Below are positions 1 through 14,840 of a DNA stretch of 64,000 bases, piece after piece. The stretch's first letter is position 1; each line of letters opens with the position of its first letter. Made by a program: the position numbers and the translations under genes. This DNA comes from Octopus vulgaris (lineage: Eukaryota), in assembly GCA_951406725.2 (NCBI GenBank), contig OX597833.1:73346001-73410000 (forward strand). The letters run 5' to 3'. The notes under the pieces were generated by a model, which was given only the letters and a program-made list of their open reading frames with translations, ran no database searches and was not told the DNA's origin.

Positions 1-1100
1 AATGGAGTGAAACAGGGATATATTCTGGCACCGACCCTATTTTCCATATATTTCGCGATGGTGTTCTGTATTGCATTCAGAAACTGCAGATACGGTGTTT
101 ACGTCCATTATGGAACCTCTGGAAGCATATTTAATATCAGGCGCCTTGCTGCAAAAACAAAGATATTTACCTCTATCATAAGAGACCTTTTGTATGCTGA
201 TGATTGTGAGTTATTAGCACACACAGAGATTGATATGCAACACATTTTGAATGCATTCTCTGATGCTTGCACTGCCTTAGGATTGACAGTCAATCTCAAG
301 AAAACTGTTGTCATGCATCAACCTGCTCCTGGCAAGCAGTATAGTGTACCAAATATCTATGTGAATGGTAAACGACTTGATGTAGTCGATCAGTTTGTCT
401 ACTTGGGAAGCACTATTAATAGATATGGCAATGTGGATGATGAAATTCCATATAGAATTAGGAAAGCAAGTATTGCTTTCGGAAGGCTAGAAAAGCGCCT
501 CTGGAGTCGGCGAGACATATGCAGAAGGACAACGATAAAGGTGTATAAAGCATGTGTGCTCCCTTCTCTTCTCTATGCCTGCGTACGTGGGTCACATATC
601 GATACCACCTTAAACAACTGGAGCGTTTCCATCAGATGTGCCTCAGACAGATCTATGGCATTAAGTGGAAGGACCGCATCAGTGATCTTGAAATACTCGA
701 AGGCTCTCGGTGTGAAAGTATAGAAGCTCTCGTGTTAAAGCAAAGGCTCGGATGGAGTGGTCATCTGGTCAGAATGAAGGAATCAAGGATGCCAAAACAA
801 CTCTTTTATGAAGAGTTAGTTAAAGGAGAAAGACCTCCACATAAAACAAAAACGAGGTATAAGAACTTGCTGAAGGCTTCCTTAAGAGATGCTCGCATCT
901 CTCCTGACACATGGGAAGGCATAGCTATTGATCGTAGCAGGTGGAGAAGGATTGTGCATGAGGGGACAGCCACGTTTGAGAAATCTCGAGTTGCACATGA
1001 GAAAGTAAGGAGGGATGTCAAGAAGAGCATCGCTGTTACACTTCCAGAAGGGAAGGGTCTTCCTTTGATTTTGACATGCAATGTCTGTGCAAGACCCTAA
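1..1100 (+). mobile_element. RTE-clade LINE, 3' half of RT ORF (frameshifted relic)
   Basis: ORF 7-723 has GVKQGYILAPTLF, LLYADD and FVYLGS. After a frameshift near 580 it continues with LRQIYGIKWKDRI, LGWSGHLVRMKESRMPKQLFY and a terminal CNVC. These are typical RTE/BovB-like RT and C-terminal motifs. Confidence 0.9.
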
Positions 1101-4100
1101 CCACCAACACCACAAGAACCATCAACAACACTAGCACCACCAACACCACTAGCACCATCAACACCACTAGCACCACCAAAAAAACACTAGCACCACGAAC
1201 ACCACGAGCACCACCAGCATGACTAGCACCACGATTACCACTAGCACCACCAACACCACTAGCACCACACACACCACTAGCACCACAAACACCACTAGCA
1301 ACACAAACACCACTAGCACCTCCAACACCACCAGCACAACTAGCTCCACCAGCATCACTATCACCACCAGCACCACAACAATCACCACCACCACCACTAC
1401 CTGTAGCACAACCAATACCACTAGCACCACCAGTATTTACAGCAACACTATCACCACCAACACCACCATAAATACTAGCCCTGCCAGCACCACTAGAACC
1501 ACCAACACCACATCCACCACTAGCTCCACAAGCACCTCTAGCACCACCAACACCACTAGCACCACCAACAATATTAGCACCACCAACAACACTAGCACCA
1601 CAAACAACACTAGCACACAAACACCATTAACACCACCAACATCACTAGCACTACCAACACCACTAGCGCCACCAACACCACTAGCACCACCAACGCCACT
1701 AGCACCACCAACAATACTAGCACCACTAACACCACTAGCACACAAACACCACTAACACCACCAACAATACTAGCACCACCAACACTACTAGCACCACCAA
1801 CACCACTAGCACCACCAACACCACTAGCACCACCAACACCACTAGCACCACCAACACCACTAGCACCACCAACACCACTTGCACCACCAACACCACTAGC
1901 ACCACAAACACCCCTAGCACCACCAACACCACTAACACCACCAACACCACTAGCACCACAAACACCATTAACACCACCAACAATACTAGCACTACCAACA
2001 TCACTAGCACTACCAACACCACTAGCACCACAACCACCACTAGCACCACCAACACACTAGCACCACAAACACCACTAGCACCACCAACAATACTAGCACT
2101 ACCAACACCACTAGCACCACAAACACCACTAGCACCACAAACACCACTTGCACCACCAACAATACTAGCACTACCAACACCACTAGCACCACAAACACCA
2201 CTAGCACCATCAACACCACTAGCACCACAAACACCACTAGCACCACAAACACCACTAGCACCACCAACACCACTAGCACCACAAACACCACTAGCACCAC
2301 CAACACACTAGCACCACCAACAATACTAGCACTACCAACACCACTAGCACCACAAACACCACTAGCACCACCAACACCACTAGCACCACAAACACCACTA
2401 ACACCACCAACATCACTAGCACCACAAACACCACTAGCACCACCAACACCACTTGCACCACCAACAATACTAGCACCACAAACACCACCACAGCACCACA
2501 AACACCACTAGCACCACCAACACCACTAGCACCACCAACACCACTAGCACCACAAACACCACTAGCACCACCAACACCACTAGCACCACAAACACCACTA
2601 GCACCACCAACACCACTAGCACCTCCAACACCACCAGCACGACTAGCTCCACCAGCATCACTATCACCACCACCACCACTACCTGTAGCACAACCAATAA
2701 CACTAGCACCACCAGTATTTACAGCAACACTATCACCACCAACACCACCATAAATACTAGCCCTGCCAGCACCACTAGAACCACCAACACCACATCCACC
2801 ACTAGCTCCACAAGCACCTCTAGCACCACCAACACCACTAGCACCACCAACAATATTAGCACCATCAACAACACTAGCACCACAAACAACACTAGCACAC
2901 AAACACCATTAGCACCACCAACATCGCTAGCACTACCAACACCACTAGCGCCACCAACACCACTAGCACCACCAACGCCACTAGCACCACCAACAATACT
3001 AGCACCACTAACACCACTAGCACACAAACACCACTAACACCACCAACAATACTAGCACCACCAACACTACTAGCACCACCAACACCACTAGCACCACCAA
3101 CGCCACTAGCACCACCAACACCACTAGCACCACAAACACCACTAGCACCACCAACACCACTAGCACCACCAACACCACTTGCACCACCAACACCACTAGC
3201 ACCACAAACACCGCAAGCACCACACAACACCACTAACACCACCAACACCACTAGCACCACAACACCACCATTACCACCACCAACACCACTAGCACCACCA
3301 TCATCACTAGCACTACCAACACCACTAGCACCACCAACACACTAGCACCACAAACACCACTAGCACCACCAACAATACTAGCACTACCAACACCACTAGC
3401 ACCACAAACACCACTCGCACCACAAACACCACTTGCACCACCAACAATACTAGCACTACCAACACCACTAGCACCACAAACACCACTAGCACCATCAACA
3501 CCACTAGCACCACAAACACCACTAGCACCACAAACACCACTAGCACCACCAACACCACTTGCACCACCAACAATACTAGCACTACCAACACCACTAGCAC
3601 CACAAACACCACTAGCACCACCAACACCACTAGCACCACAAACACCACTAGCACCACAAACACCACTAGCACCACCAACACCACTAGCACCACCAACACC
3701 ACTAACACCACCAACATCACTAGCACTACCAACACCACTAGCACCACAAACACCACTAGCACCACCAACAATACTAGCACCACAAACACCACCAGCACCA
3801 CAAACACCACTAGCACCACCAACACTTCTTGCACCACCAACAATACTAGCACTACCAACACCACTAGCACCACAAACACCACTAGCACCACCAACACCAC
3901 TAACACCACCAACATCACTAGCACTACCAACACCACTAGCACCACAAACACCACTAGCACCACCAACACACTAGCACCACAAACACCACTAGCACCACCA
4001 ACAATACTAGCACCACAAACACCACTAGCACCACAAACACCACTAGCACCACCAACACTTCTTGCACCACCAACAATACTAGCACTACCAACACCACTAG

Positions 4101-5675
4101 CACCACAAACACCACTAGCACCACCAACACCACTAGCACCACAAACACCACTAGCACCACAAACACCACTAGCACCACAAACACCACTAGCACCACCAAC
4201 ACCACTTGCACCACCAACAATACTAGCACCACAAACACCACTAGCACCGCCAACACCACTAGCTCCACCAACACCACTAGCACCGCCAACACCACTAGCA
4301 CCACAAACACCACTAACACCACCAACATCACTAGCACCACAAACACCACTAGCACCACAAACACCACTAGCACCACCAACACCACTAGCACCACAAACAC
4401 CACTAGCACCACCAACACACTAGCACCACAAACACCACTAGCACCACCAACAATACTAGCACCACAAACACCACTAGCACCACCAACACCACTTGCACCA
4501 CCAACAATACTAGCACCACAAACACCCACAGCACCACAAACACCACTAGCACCGCCAACACCACTAACACCACCAACATCACTAGCATTACCAACACCAC
4601 TAGCACTACCAACACCACTAGCACCACAAACATCACTTGCACCACGAACACCACTAGCACCACCAACACCACTAGCACCACCAACAACACTAGCACCACC
4701 AACACCACTAGCACCACCAACACCACTTGCACCACAAACACCACTAGCACCACCAGCACGACTAGCACCACCACCAACACCAACACCACTACCTGTAGCA
4801 CAACCAATACCACTAGCACCACCAACATCTACAGCAGCACTATCACCACCAACACCACCATAAATACTAGCCCTCTCAGCACCACTAGAATCACCAACAC
4901 CACATCTACCACTAGCTCCACAAGCACCACTAGTAACATCAAAACCACAAGCACCTCTAGCACCACCAACACTATTAGCAGCACTAACACCACCAGCGCG
5001 ACTAGCTCCACCAGCACCACAAGTACCACAAGTACCACTACCACAACCTGTAACACCATTAGCACCACCGACATCTACAGCACCACTAGCACTACCAACA
5101 CCGCAAACATCACTTGCACCACCAGCACTATCACCACCACAAGCACCACTCGCACCACCTATACCACAAGCACCACTAACACCACCGACAATACAAGCAA
5201 CATTAGCAGCACCGATACCAACACCACCACCACTAGCACCACCAGAACCACTAGAACCACCAACACCACAAGCACAATTAGCACCACAAGCAACTCTAGC
5301 AGCCCCAACACCAGCACTACAACTAGGACCACAATCCGCACCACCTCCACCACAAAGAGCACCACCAACACCACAAACAGGACTAGCAACACCAACACCA
5401 CCAGCACCAGTGTAACCACAGCCCCCACAAGAAACTCCGACACCATAACCACCACTAGCATCAGCAGCACCACAAGCAACACCAACATCACTAGCAACAC
5501 CAATACCACCACCCTCACTAGCACCACCATTTGCTTCTTCAGCACCACAAGCACCACTGCCATGAGCAACACCACCATCACATCTAGCACCACAAGCACC
5601 ACCAACACCACTAGTAAGACCAACACCACAAGCACCACAAGCACCACCTGGACCACCACCACCACTAGCATAACC
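1100..5675. repeat. 4.6-kb minisatellite, 18-bp unit CCACTAGCACCACCAACA / CCACTAGCACCACAAACA
   Basis: Directly visible tandem array with a 9-nt sub-period. Homogeneous in the middle and degenerate at 4770-5675. Block 1310-1760 is duplicated at about 2610-3040. Confidence 0.95.
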
Positions 5676-5724
5676 AGTGCCATTCTCGACTGGGAATGTG
5701 GAGTTCTGCAAAGAAGCCAATGAA

Positions 5725-6200
5725 ATACAGAAATTTGTGATCTGTATCAAGCCAAATAGACTGCATGAAAGAGAAGTCACCGAGCTGGATAGTCTGCCTT
5801 ACGAACTTTCCTTTCATATAACAAACTTGCAAATATCCACTGCAATTGGCAGTAGAATAGAATTCCTAGTGGTGATGTGGTAATATATGCCATCTCAAAG
5901 ATCTATCAATAACAACCTCCAGTTTACACGAACGATCGTCGAAAGGGTAGGTAAGGAACCTGGTACTGCTGGGGCACTGATCAATGTTGAACAGACGAAA
6001 GTTTTAGAAAGGGTCGATTATCAATATTTGATAGCTATCAATAAAGTTGGTTTCGATCCCCTCTTCAGAGGCTGGATCACTGCAGTGCACAACGGCAATA
6101 GTTCAGTGATCAGAATATAAGGCTACCCGTTGAAATCGTTCAGTATCATGCATTCGGTTCGTCTATGATGTCCTTTTTCTCTCCTTCTGTATGAACTAAC
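5725..6200 (+). mobile_element. Tx1/L1-group LINE RT fragment (degenerate)
   Basis: Translations ELDSLPYELS (PGxDG-like) and GALINVEQTKVLERVDYQYL (DQxKAFDRV-like); tcggttcgtctatgatgtcctttttct is a decayed SVRQGCPLS. Confidence 0.7.
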
Positions 6201-6428
6201 TCCATTACAATCTTTACCATCACAGACGCAACTAGCATCACAAACACCTGCAAAACTCAACATTCACCAAAACTTAGAACAACTCAGAAATAAACTACAC
6301 CGTTTTAAATGCAAACGAGAAAGAATTAATGAAACATACACATCAAAGCACACGAACACATAAAAAATCATTCAAACAAAACAAAAAATATGTGCAATGC
6401 TATAAAAAATATCCGGAGATTGCCACTT

Positions 6429-6493
<65 letters not shown>

Positions 6494-6699
6494 TAGCAAA
6501 TATACTTCACTTTGTCGTGCAGCTACTGTTTATACCTCGTTCAGAGATTTATTATTGCTTGTTTACATCTGTGCAATGCTATAAAAAATATCCTTCAGAG
6601 GGGATGTTAGCAAAAGAACTGACTGTGGAAAGAATTGCTTGTGAAAATCTAATTTTCTTCACTCCACTTTCTTCCTTCTGCTGAACATAGATAGCCTCT

Positions 6700-9270
6700 C
6701 ACAATAGGCAATGTAAAGGTATGTAAACTGAGTTTGCCTTGGAAGTAGGGTTACTTTCTCAATGACCTCAGATCGTTAGGTATAGAAATAACTATCAGCA
6801 AGACGAGGGTCTCTGATCCACGACCCTTCACTTCCATTTTCTGTGGACACGTGATCTACTTATCAACAATTCGACCAGGGTTGGGAGGTGGAGCTGCTGC
6901 GTTTATTCGGAAAGATCCGGATCTCGCAATATGGACCATCTTCTTGGACCCGTGAGATAAGTTTCTGGGACTTTTTAACCCAATACAACCAAGTGGTCAG
7001 ATTTCTTCAAACATTCGAATCCTTAATGCTAGCTAGGGACCAACAGGGTACCTTGAACTGTGTGCGGCTAACCGGCAGAAGTAGACCAACGCAAAAGCCT
7101 CTCGCTTACGGGAAATATTGACTGGTTGCATGGGGTAAAGCCACTGAGGATCGATGATCAATCCTACAATCTTAACTCTTAACATGCCAGACTTATTTGG
7201 ATGTCTCATGATAGATATTGACTGAAACTGGTTCTAGAACGGGAAATTTTCCAGGTCTGTGAGTGGAAGAACTGCCACTGCCGAGAAAAGCCAAAGCAAG
7301 GGGAATCAAATACTTAATCTTCGGCCCATAACTCTGATAAACGCAGACTTCAAAATTTTCGTCTAGGGTATTTTTGCGAAGAGGTTAGCGTTCGCCTTCT
7401 ATTTACTAACTGATTTTGCACAAACATGCGTCGTCTCAAGCAGATCTATCCACCACAACCTCCACCTTATGCAAGCCATTATATAAAGAGTAGATAAAGT
7501 ACCTGGCATGGGTGGAGCTCTGATCAATCTGGGTCAATCAAAAGCCTTTGATAGGGTCAACTAACAATACTTGACGATTCTTCTTTAGGCAGTCAGTTTC
7601 GCTCCCGTCTTCCGTGGTTTGATTGCTGCAATATACCGCAAGTTCAACTCGATAGTTCGGGTAAATGATTACCTATTGGAACCATTCATTATCATACACT
7701 CGGTCCGTCAAAGATGTCTCCTCTCTGTACCCCTGTATGTACTGGTCTAGAGTCATTACTTCGGAAACTGGCGGCGTTAAGATGCAACCCCTCGTGAACA
7801 AGGAAGTAAGAGAATTGTGTTGGCGTATACAGACGACGTCACTATCGTAGTATCGGACAAACGCATAAAGGCACTGCTCTAAGGGAATACGAGGCGGTAA
7901 CAGGAACTAAATCAAGCAAGAAGTTACTGGTCCGGCGGTTCGTCACTTGGAGAAGCAGGTGTATGCCGTCCAATACATCATGGGACGCTAAATGGATGGA
8001 CCAGTTAAATTGCTCGGAGTCTATTTTGGTTCAGATCATGAAAGGTTGGGCAGAGATGGAGGATGTATACATTACCATCGTCACATATTACCGTCTGGCC
8101 GTCATATCTTGATCCAGTTCACATTTAACCAGACTGGAACGCATAAACTTCCTCTTTTTGGGAAAGGAACGCGTTCAACTGACTTAGCCTCCATTTGTTG
8201 TCAACACTCGCTGAAAGACTGGGCTTCTCGTGACTGATGATGCGTCTCTAATTCTTTGACGATAAGCAGGTGTGGTCACCGGTTATCAGACTCGCTTTCT
8301 GCACCTTGGCTTTTTAACTGATCAGCAGCAGTGGATCAAGGTAGGACGTCTGGCATTTAGAGTGTTGAGTGTCTTCAGGTATTCACAGCCTTCAGCTTGT
8401 TGGGCAATGCGGTCGGTGGCAGTTCCACTTTTGCGTTCTATATGTTGCGAGTAACAACGACGACGTTCTCGCAGAGAATCTTGATGTTGGCGAGGACCAA
8501 GTGGCTGATCAGCTCTGGAGGAATTTCGACCGAGAGCCATGGATAGTTTCTTAAAATCTTCGGGCTGCAGTGCTACTGGGGGATCATTGCTAGTTCGGGA
8601 TAAGTTCAACTTGCATAGACGTTACGTCAGGTGAGCCCGCCCGAGGTGCAAGTAGAGTGACGAAACTGTCCTACACACATTCGTCCAGTGCCCGAGCATT
8701 ACTGACAAGTGAGATTTTCCCGAACACGTGCTCTCGTATGTAGGACTACTCTGGCTATCGGTTGCGTCCATTGCGATGGTCGCCCTGTTACCTTCTTTGG
8801 CCAAGACGGACAGGCAGTGGTTATCTGCCCGGTGACCTTGGTGAAAGAGGTTGTGTGGTGGGCCAGATTGAAACGGCTGAAAACAGACTCCTTCCTCTTT
8901 AACCAAGTCGTCATCACTCATCAACATTTTAAACTTTTACTTGAAAGGATAGTAAGAGTGGAGCAAAGTACTACTTCACAGCAATTTCGTTGAAAGATGG
9001 CTGAATGTGACAAAGATGGACCTATTCTGAGAATGCGCCTTTTCATTGAAAGAAGATAAGGAGAGAGCCCTTGCCCATGTAATTAGAGCGACTGCTGTCG
9101 TTTTGAGGAATTTCCGCGGGTTAGGGTAAGGAAGTCTTACTCTTTTGGAGAATTATTCAATATTGAATTTTATATTGACTATTGTTCTTCTTTTTACATG
9201 CTCCTTTGTGTAATCCCACATCGCATTATCCTGTACCGTCCCCAATGTTTTGAGACCTCTTAATAGTGTG
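6700..9270 (+). mobile_element. Tx1/L1-group LINE relic with internal deletions
   Basis: LINLGQSKAFDRVN (~7520-7560), SVRQRCLLS (~7700), AYTDDVT (~7823), and a C-terminal zinc-knuckle remnant PRCK*SDETVLHTFVQCP (~8641-8694). Many stops and frameshifts. Confidence 0.8.
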
Positions 9271-9319
9271 AAAACCTTACTATTTCTTTTATTTGCCGCT
9301 GTGATACGGATGATGGGGC

Positions 9320-10067
9320 ATTAAAAGGAAAGATCTGACACAAACAAGAAAGCAATATAGAAAGGAGCGGAAAAAGAATGCAAAAGGAATAGAAATATAC
9401 GAATTAAGAGAGAGAGAAAAAAGAGAAACATGGAGATGTATGGAGAGAGAGTGGCAGAGAGACAGAGGAAAGCAAAACATTACGAGGAGAGTGTAAAAAA
9501 AAAACAAAAACGAAAATCACAGCAGTTAGGTAAGTAAGAGGTGAGTAAAGAAAGAAAAGAAGGAAAAGGTCTGAGAGAAAGAGGGGGAGGAGTGAAAGAC
9601 GGAAGAGAGAATGTGAGAAATATGAAATGTTGAAGACAGTGACGTAAACATGAGGCAGAAGGAGAGTAATATGTATGAGAGAGCTAGCCAAAGGAAGGAT
9701 AAGAGAGAAAGGTGGAGGAAAGAGGGTAAAAGAAAGAAAGGAAGGAAGGAATTGCTGAAGGAGAGGGCGAATTAAAAACCACACAGAAAGGAAAAGTAAG
9801 GCGGTGGCAGAGGTATTGGTGGTGGGAGTAAGAAAGAAAGGGTGAGTGTATTACGCGTAATGGTGTATGTAAAGGACAATGGTCAACAGGAAACAGAGGG
9901 AGAGAGACGAAGTAGAGAGTAAGAGTGAAATGGAAATTGTGTATGAGAGTGGGAGGAAAAAAGATAAAGAGAGATACATAGAAAAAGAATGAGAGATAGA
10001 GAGCGTCAGTAGAGAACATTAGAAATCAGAGGTGAAAAGAGCGAAAGCAAAAGTAAGAGGGTAGTAG

Positions 10068-10128
<61 letters not shown>

Positions 10129-10150
10129 GAGAAAAAGAAAAGAGAGAAAT
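9320..10150. repeat. Purine-rich (GA) low-complexity tract
   Basis: Strong A/G strand bias ending in (GA)n. Confidence 0.8.
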
Positions 10151-10409
10151 ACACGTCTTGTGTGTGTCTCAGCTATAATATATAATTGGTTATGGAAAAT
10201 TAATGAGGGAAATGCACTGTTTACACGAATTAAGTGGAACTCCGTGAAATACAAATATTTATTTCATACAGACACACACACACACGTATAGAGACGGGGG
10301 GAGAGAGGCAAATACAGAGACAGAAAGAACACTCAAATTTTAACAGAAAGAGAAAACTTCACGAAATATTGTTACTCCGACTTCCTCGCTTCTAAACTCT
10401 CTCCGTCCC

Positions 10410-10431
10410 TTTATCTATCTATCTATCTATA

Positions 10432-10469
<38 letters not shown>

Positions 10470-10490
10470 CCTACTTACCTACCTACCCAC

Positions 10491-10556
<66 letters not shown>

Positions 10557-10559
10557 CTC

Positions 10560-10599
<40 letters not shown>

Positions 10600-10620
10600 C
10601 CTACCTACCTACCTACCCAC

Positions 10621-10683
<63 letters not shown>

Positions 10684-10698
10684 CCTACCTCCGTCCCT

Positions 10699-10757
<59 letters not shown>
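10410..10757. repeat. (TCTA)n/(CCTA)n microsatellite
   Basis: Directly visible. Confidence 0.95.
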
Positions 10758-10758
<1 letters not shown>

Positions 10759-10928
10759 TCAAATACACGCGAGTGTACAAAGAGGAGGAGAGAACGTGTA
10801 GTAGGTGAGATAGAAGGGAGATAAATCTTGGATAAAAATAAATTTTATATGTAAATACATATATACATACATAAACACATACATACGTATAGATACATGC
10901 TCACGCACGAACACACGCACACATATAC

Positions 10929-10969
<41 letters not shown>

Positions 10970-10992
10970 CGTTCATATATATATATCTCATT

Positions 10993-11586
<594 letters not shown>

Positions 11587-11635
11587 GTATGTATGTATGT
11601 ATATTCTCACATACACCCATACACGGGCAACACAT

Positions 11636-11792
11636 AGGCGCAGGCGTAGCTGTGTGGTAAGAAGCTTGCTTCCCAACCACATGGTAGGAATTCAGTCCCA
11701 CTGCGTGGCACCTTGGGCAAGTGTTTTCTTTTGTAGCCTCGGTCAGGCCAAAGCCTTGTGAATGGATTTGGTAGAAGGAAATTGAAAGAAAC
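11636..11792 (+). mobile_element. SINE family A, 5' portion
   Basis: aggcgcaggcgtagctgtgtggtaagaagcttgcttcccaaccac...ccttgggcaagtg matches the family A head. Confidence 0.85.
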
Positions 11793-12040
11793 TCATCTTA
11801 TATATATATATATATATATATATATACGTGTCTGCGCGCGTGTTTGCTGTGAGAAGAGCACCAGCATTAACCAGCTGATGTGAAGAAAATCGGAAGAGAG
11901 GAAGAGAGATAAAGAGAGTGAATTAAAGAAATGGAGGGAGAGTGATAAAGCGAAAAAGTGAGAGATTAGTGAATGTGAGAAAGAAGAAAGTATATATATA
12001 TAATGTGTGTGTGTGTATGCGTATATAATTTGCATGCATA

Positions 12041-12112
<72 letters not shown>

Positions 12113-12755
12113 GTACACACACACATATACAAACACGTGTATAATGTGTGTGTGTGAACAAGCATGCGTATGCTGCAACAGTAAGCAGCAGGAGCAGGCT
12201 GACAGACAGACAAATTGACAGAAGCGGGGCAGGAGGAAGTTGTAAAAAGGCAGTAGAGAAGTAGGTGGAACAGGCGGAGGAGGAGGTAGCCAAGTAAGAC
12301 GTGCTTGTCATGTAAAAGTGAACCACTTAAACGTTACCATAATAATAATAATAATAATAGTAATAATAATAATAATATGATGATGATGATGATGATGATA
12401 ATGATACTCGTAATTCAGACAAACAAATGGGAGTAGAAAACAATCGATGAATAAAACAAGAAAAAAATAGAAATCATTAAATTAATAAACATAAGAATTT
12501 CAGAAAGAATCAGGAAGAAAAGCGGACTATTTAACGGACATAAAACAAGTAAAACAAGACCGAACGACACCAACAAATACTTATAAGAAGGCAAAACAAA
12601 TCTACGGGAGATACTGAAGTGAAGGTCGCTTTAACTGCGTGTCGTCACTATCGTGGTTTTTTATTTGGCTTCGGTTCCCATTCGAAACACACACACACAC
12701 ACACACACATTTATACATTCATAGACACGCGTTTACATATGAGTACTTGACGAAA

Positions 12756-12824
12756 ATGGGGGCTAGTTCCTCAATGGACACTTCACGTGTCATACACCTG
12801 GAGTTGGATGGCCGAAAGGAGAAG
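12756..12824 (+). CDS. PDE9A: First coding exon of a PDE9-like cGMP-specific phosphodiesterase
   Basis: ATG in an AAAATGG context encodes 23 aa MGASSSMDTSRVIHLELDGRKEK, then AAG|GTAAAG, a phase-0 donor. It resembles the vertebrate PDE9A N-terminus as I recall it ([23 protein letters not shown], same length). It has an MGxxxS myristoylation motif. No exon 2 was found in the window. Confidence 0.75.
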
Positions 12825-13476
12825 GTAAAGTGCATCTTTTATACATTTGATTTGTTGTTGCTGCTGCTGCTGTTGATATTTTGTTGTTGTTGTTATTGTT
12901 GTTGATCTTCTTCTTGAATAAAGTAATGGCTTGTTCCTGGAAAAAACCCCAGTAATAATAACGATCTTATTAATAATAACGATATTATATGCAACAACTT
13001 GCCGGGAAAAAATAACACAAGTACAAGAGAAAGTGAGTTAGCTGCGACCCAGATGAGCACTTAAGGAGCAATCTTCGGCTCCAAAAGTCGAGGCCTTATC
13101 CAGTGTGTCACAGATTCTTTTTCCTATTGTTGGTGGTGATAATGATTGCGGTGACGTTTTTGTTGCTATTTAACCCCAGGCGTCTTAGACTGCTCTTCAT
13201 TTCAATACCATAACGCACAGCCACTTGGCTCATTTGCTACTTTAAAACTTTAGTTTTTAATTAACTTCATATCATATTAAATCAACAACCAAGTAGATTA
13301 GAAATAACCTAGCGGATAATTTTGTTCATACATACGTACACGCACGCACACATATATACACATATTCGCGTGTATATATGTCTTTCTATCTATCTCACTC
13401 TGTCTATCTCTCTATCTCTGTTTCTTTCTTTCTTTCTCTCTCTCTATACACACATCCATCCATCCATCCATCCATC

Positions 13477-13540
<64 letters not shown>

Positions 13541-13589
13541 TACATATAAGCATACAGATACATAAACACACATACATATACAAACATAT

Positions 13590-14273
13590 ACATGGTACAT
13601 TCCAGAGACTTTTAGACTTTTTCAGAAGAAAAGTGGCTTTAAGGAAGATGACACTTTTGATACTCATATCTCTGAAGTTGTTGGATACTAGGATGGAATT
13701 GTAGACTGGTGCTTTGTCCTCGTGCAAGTGCCATCCACCCGAGTAGAAGAGCTCTGGCTATTTGCGATGAAATCGTTTCCTGAACTCCCTCAAAAACTCC
13801 AAGAAACATTTCTTTGTTGACCAACAGGCTAGAGGAAACCCAGTGGATGTACATGATGCCCTTGCTGTAAAATAAAATGGATCATCACGTATCTTCCGGT
13901 GGGCTTGCTTTGCCTTTTATGTCAGCTAAAAACAGCTACTTGCTTCATACAAGTGAATACATTAGCACAGTCTGGAGCACTTCATAAATTTTTGTCGCGA
14001 TTTTTCCCAGTTTAGCGCAAAACTTTATTGCCTAACGAACTTCCAAATTGTTTTCACGTCCTGATTGCATTCTGCAAACTTGTCGGCTGCGACAAGCGTG
14101 GCTAAGTAGAGTCCAACGTGCTGATGCAGCCGTTTCCTGTAATCTAAAACAAAAGTTGGCAGGTCAGCTTTCTAGATATATAGTTATAATACACTAAAAT
14201 TACAATAGTCTAGGACTGTTATAACTGCCTCATATAAAAAAAAAGTTTCAAAACTTCTGGAATGCATCCCGTA
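13590..14273 (-). mobile_element. Internally deleted mariner element with TIRs
   Basis: Left tacatggtacattccagagacttttagactttt matches the reverse complement of the right end, tacgggatgcattccagaagttttgaaactttt. The minus strand encodes ...RKRFHRK*PELFYSGGWHLHEDKAPVYNSILV, a mariner W-x-LH-x-DNAP-x-H-like motif. Confidence 0.75.
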
Positions 14274-14313
14274 TACATATATACATACTTGTATATATGT
14301 GGGTGTATGCAGG

Positions 14314-14365
<52 letters not shown>

Positions 14366-14646
14366 CGAGGGGATTGACAGACAGGCAGATAGAAAGATCA
14401 ATACATACAGTACCCCCCCACACACACACACACTCACGTACACAGACACTAAACATTCACGATCAGAATTCCTCCAACAGCGAGGATCATGATAGTCCCC
14501 CAACAATAAGTCTAAAATTCGCAGCTGCGACATATCCTCTATCATAAACAATGAGCTATGTTTAAGGCCACGCTATACACTATACAAATCATATAATACT
14601 TTATGTCAGGAAATGACTTGTCACGTTTCTGTAAGTAGTAAACATG

Positions 14647-14757
14647 ATGTATGTATGTATGTATGTATGTATGTATGTATGTATGTATGTATGTATGTAT
14701 GTATGTATGTATGTATGTATGTATGTATGTATGTATGTATGTATGTATGTATGTATG

Positions 14758-14786
<29 letters not shown>
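14647..14786. repeat. (ATGT)n microsatellite
   Basis: Directly visible. Confidence 0.95.
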
Positions 14787-14788
<2 letters not shown>

Positions 14789-14840
14789 GAATGTATGTAC
14801 GTCTGTCTGTCTGTCTGTATACATGTATCTATGTATGTAA

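Noticed and set aside
1100-5675. CRISPR-like regular repeats
   Set aside because: Contiguous tandem units without unique spacers, no cas genes, and a eukaryotic context.
1036-5780. Long Gly/Val/Thr-rich ORFs, including the 608-aa minus ORF
   Set aside because: They arise from a triplet-periodic minisatellite that cannot generate stops in those frames. Frames switch repeatedly and there is no signal peptide or splice evidence.
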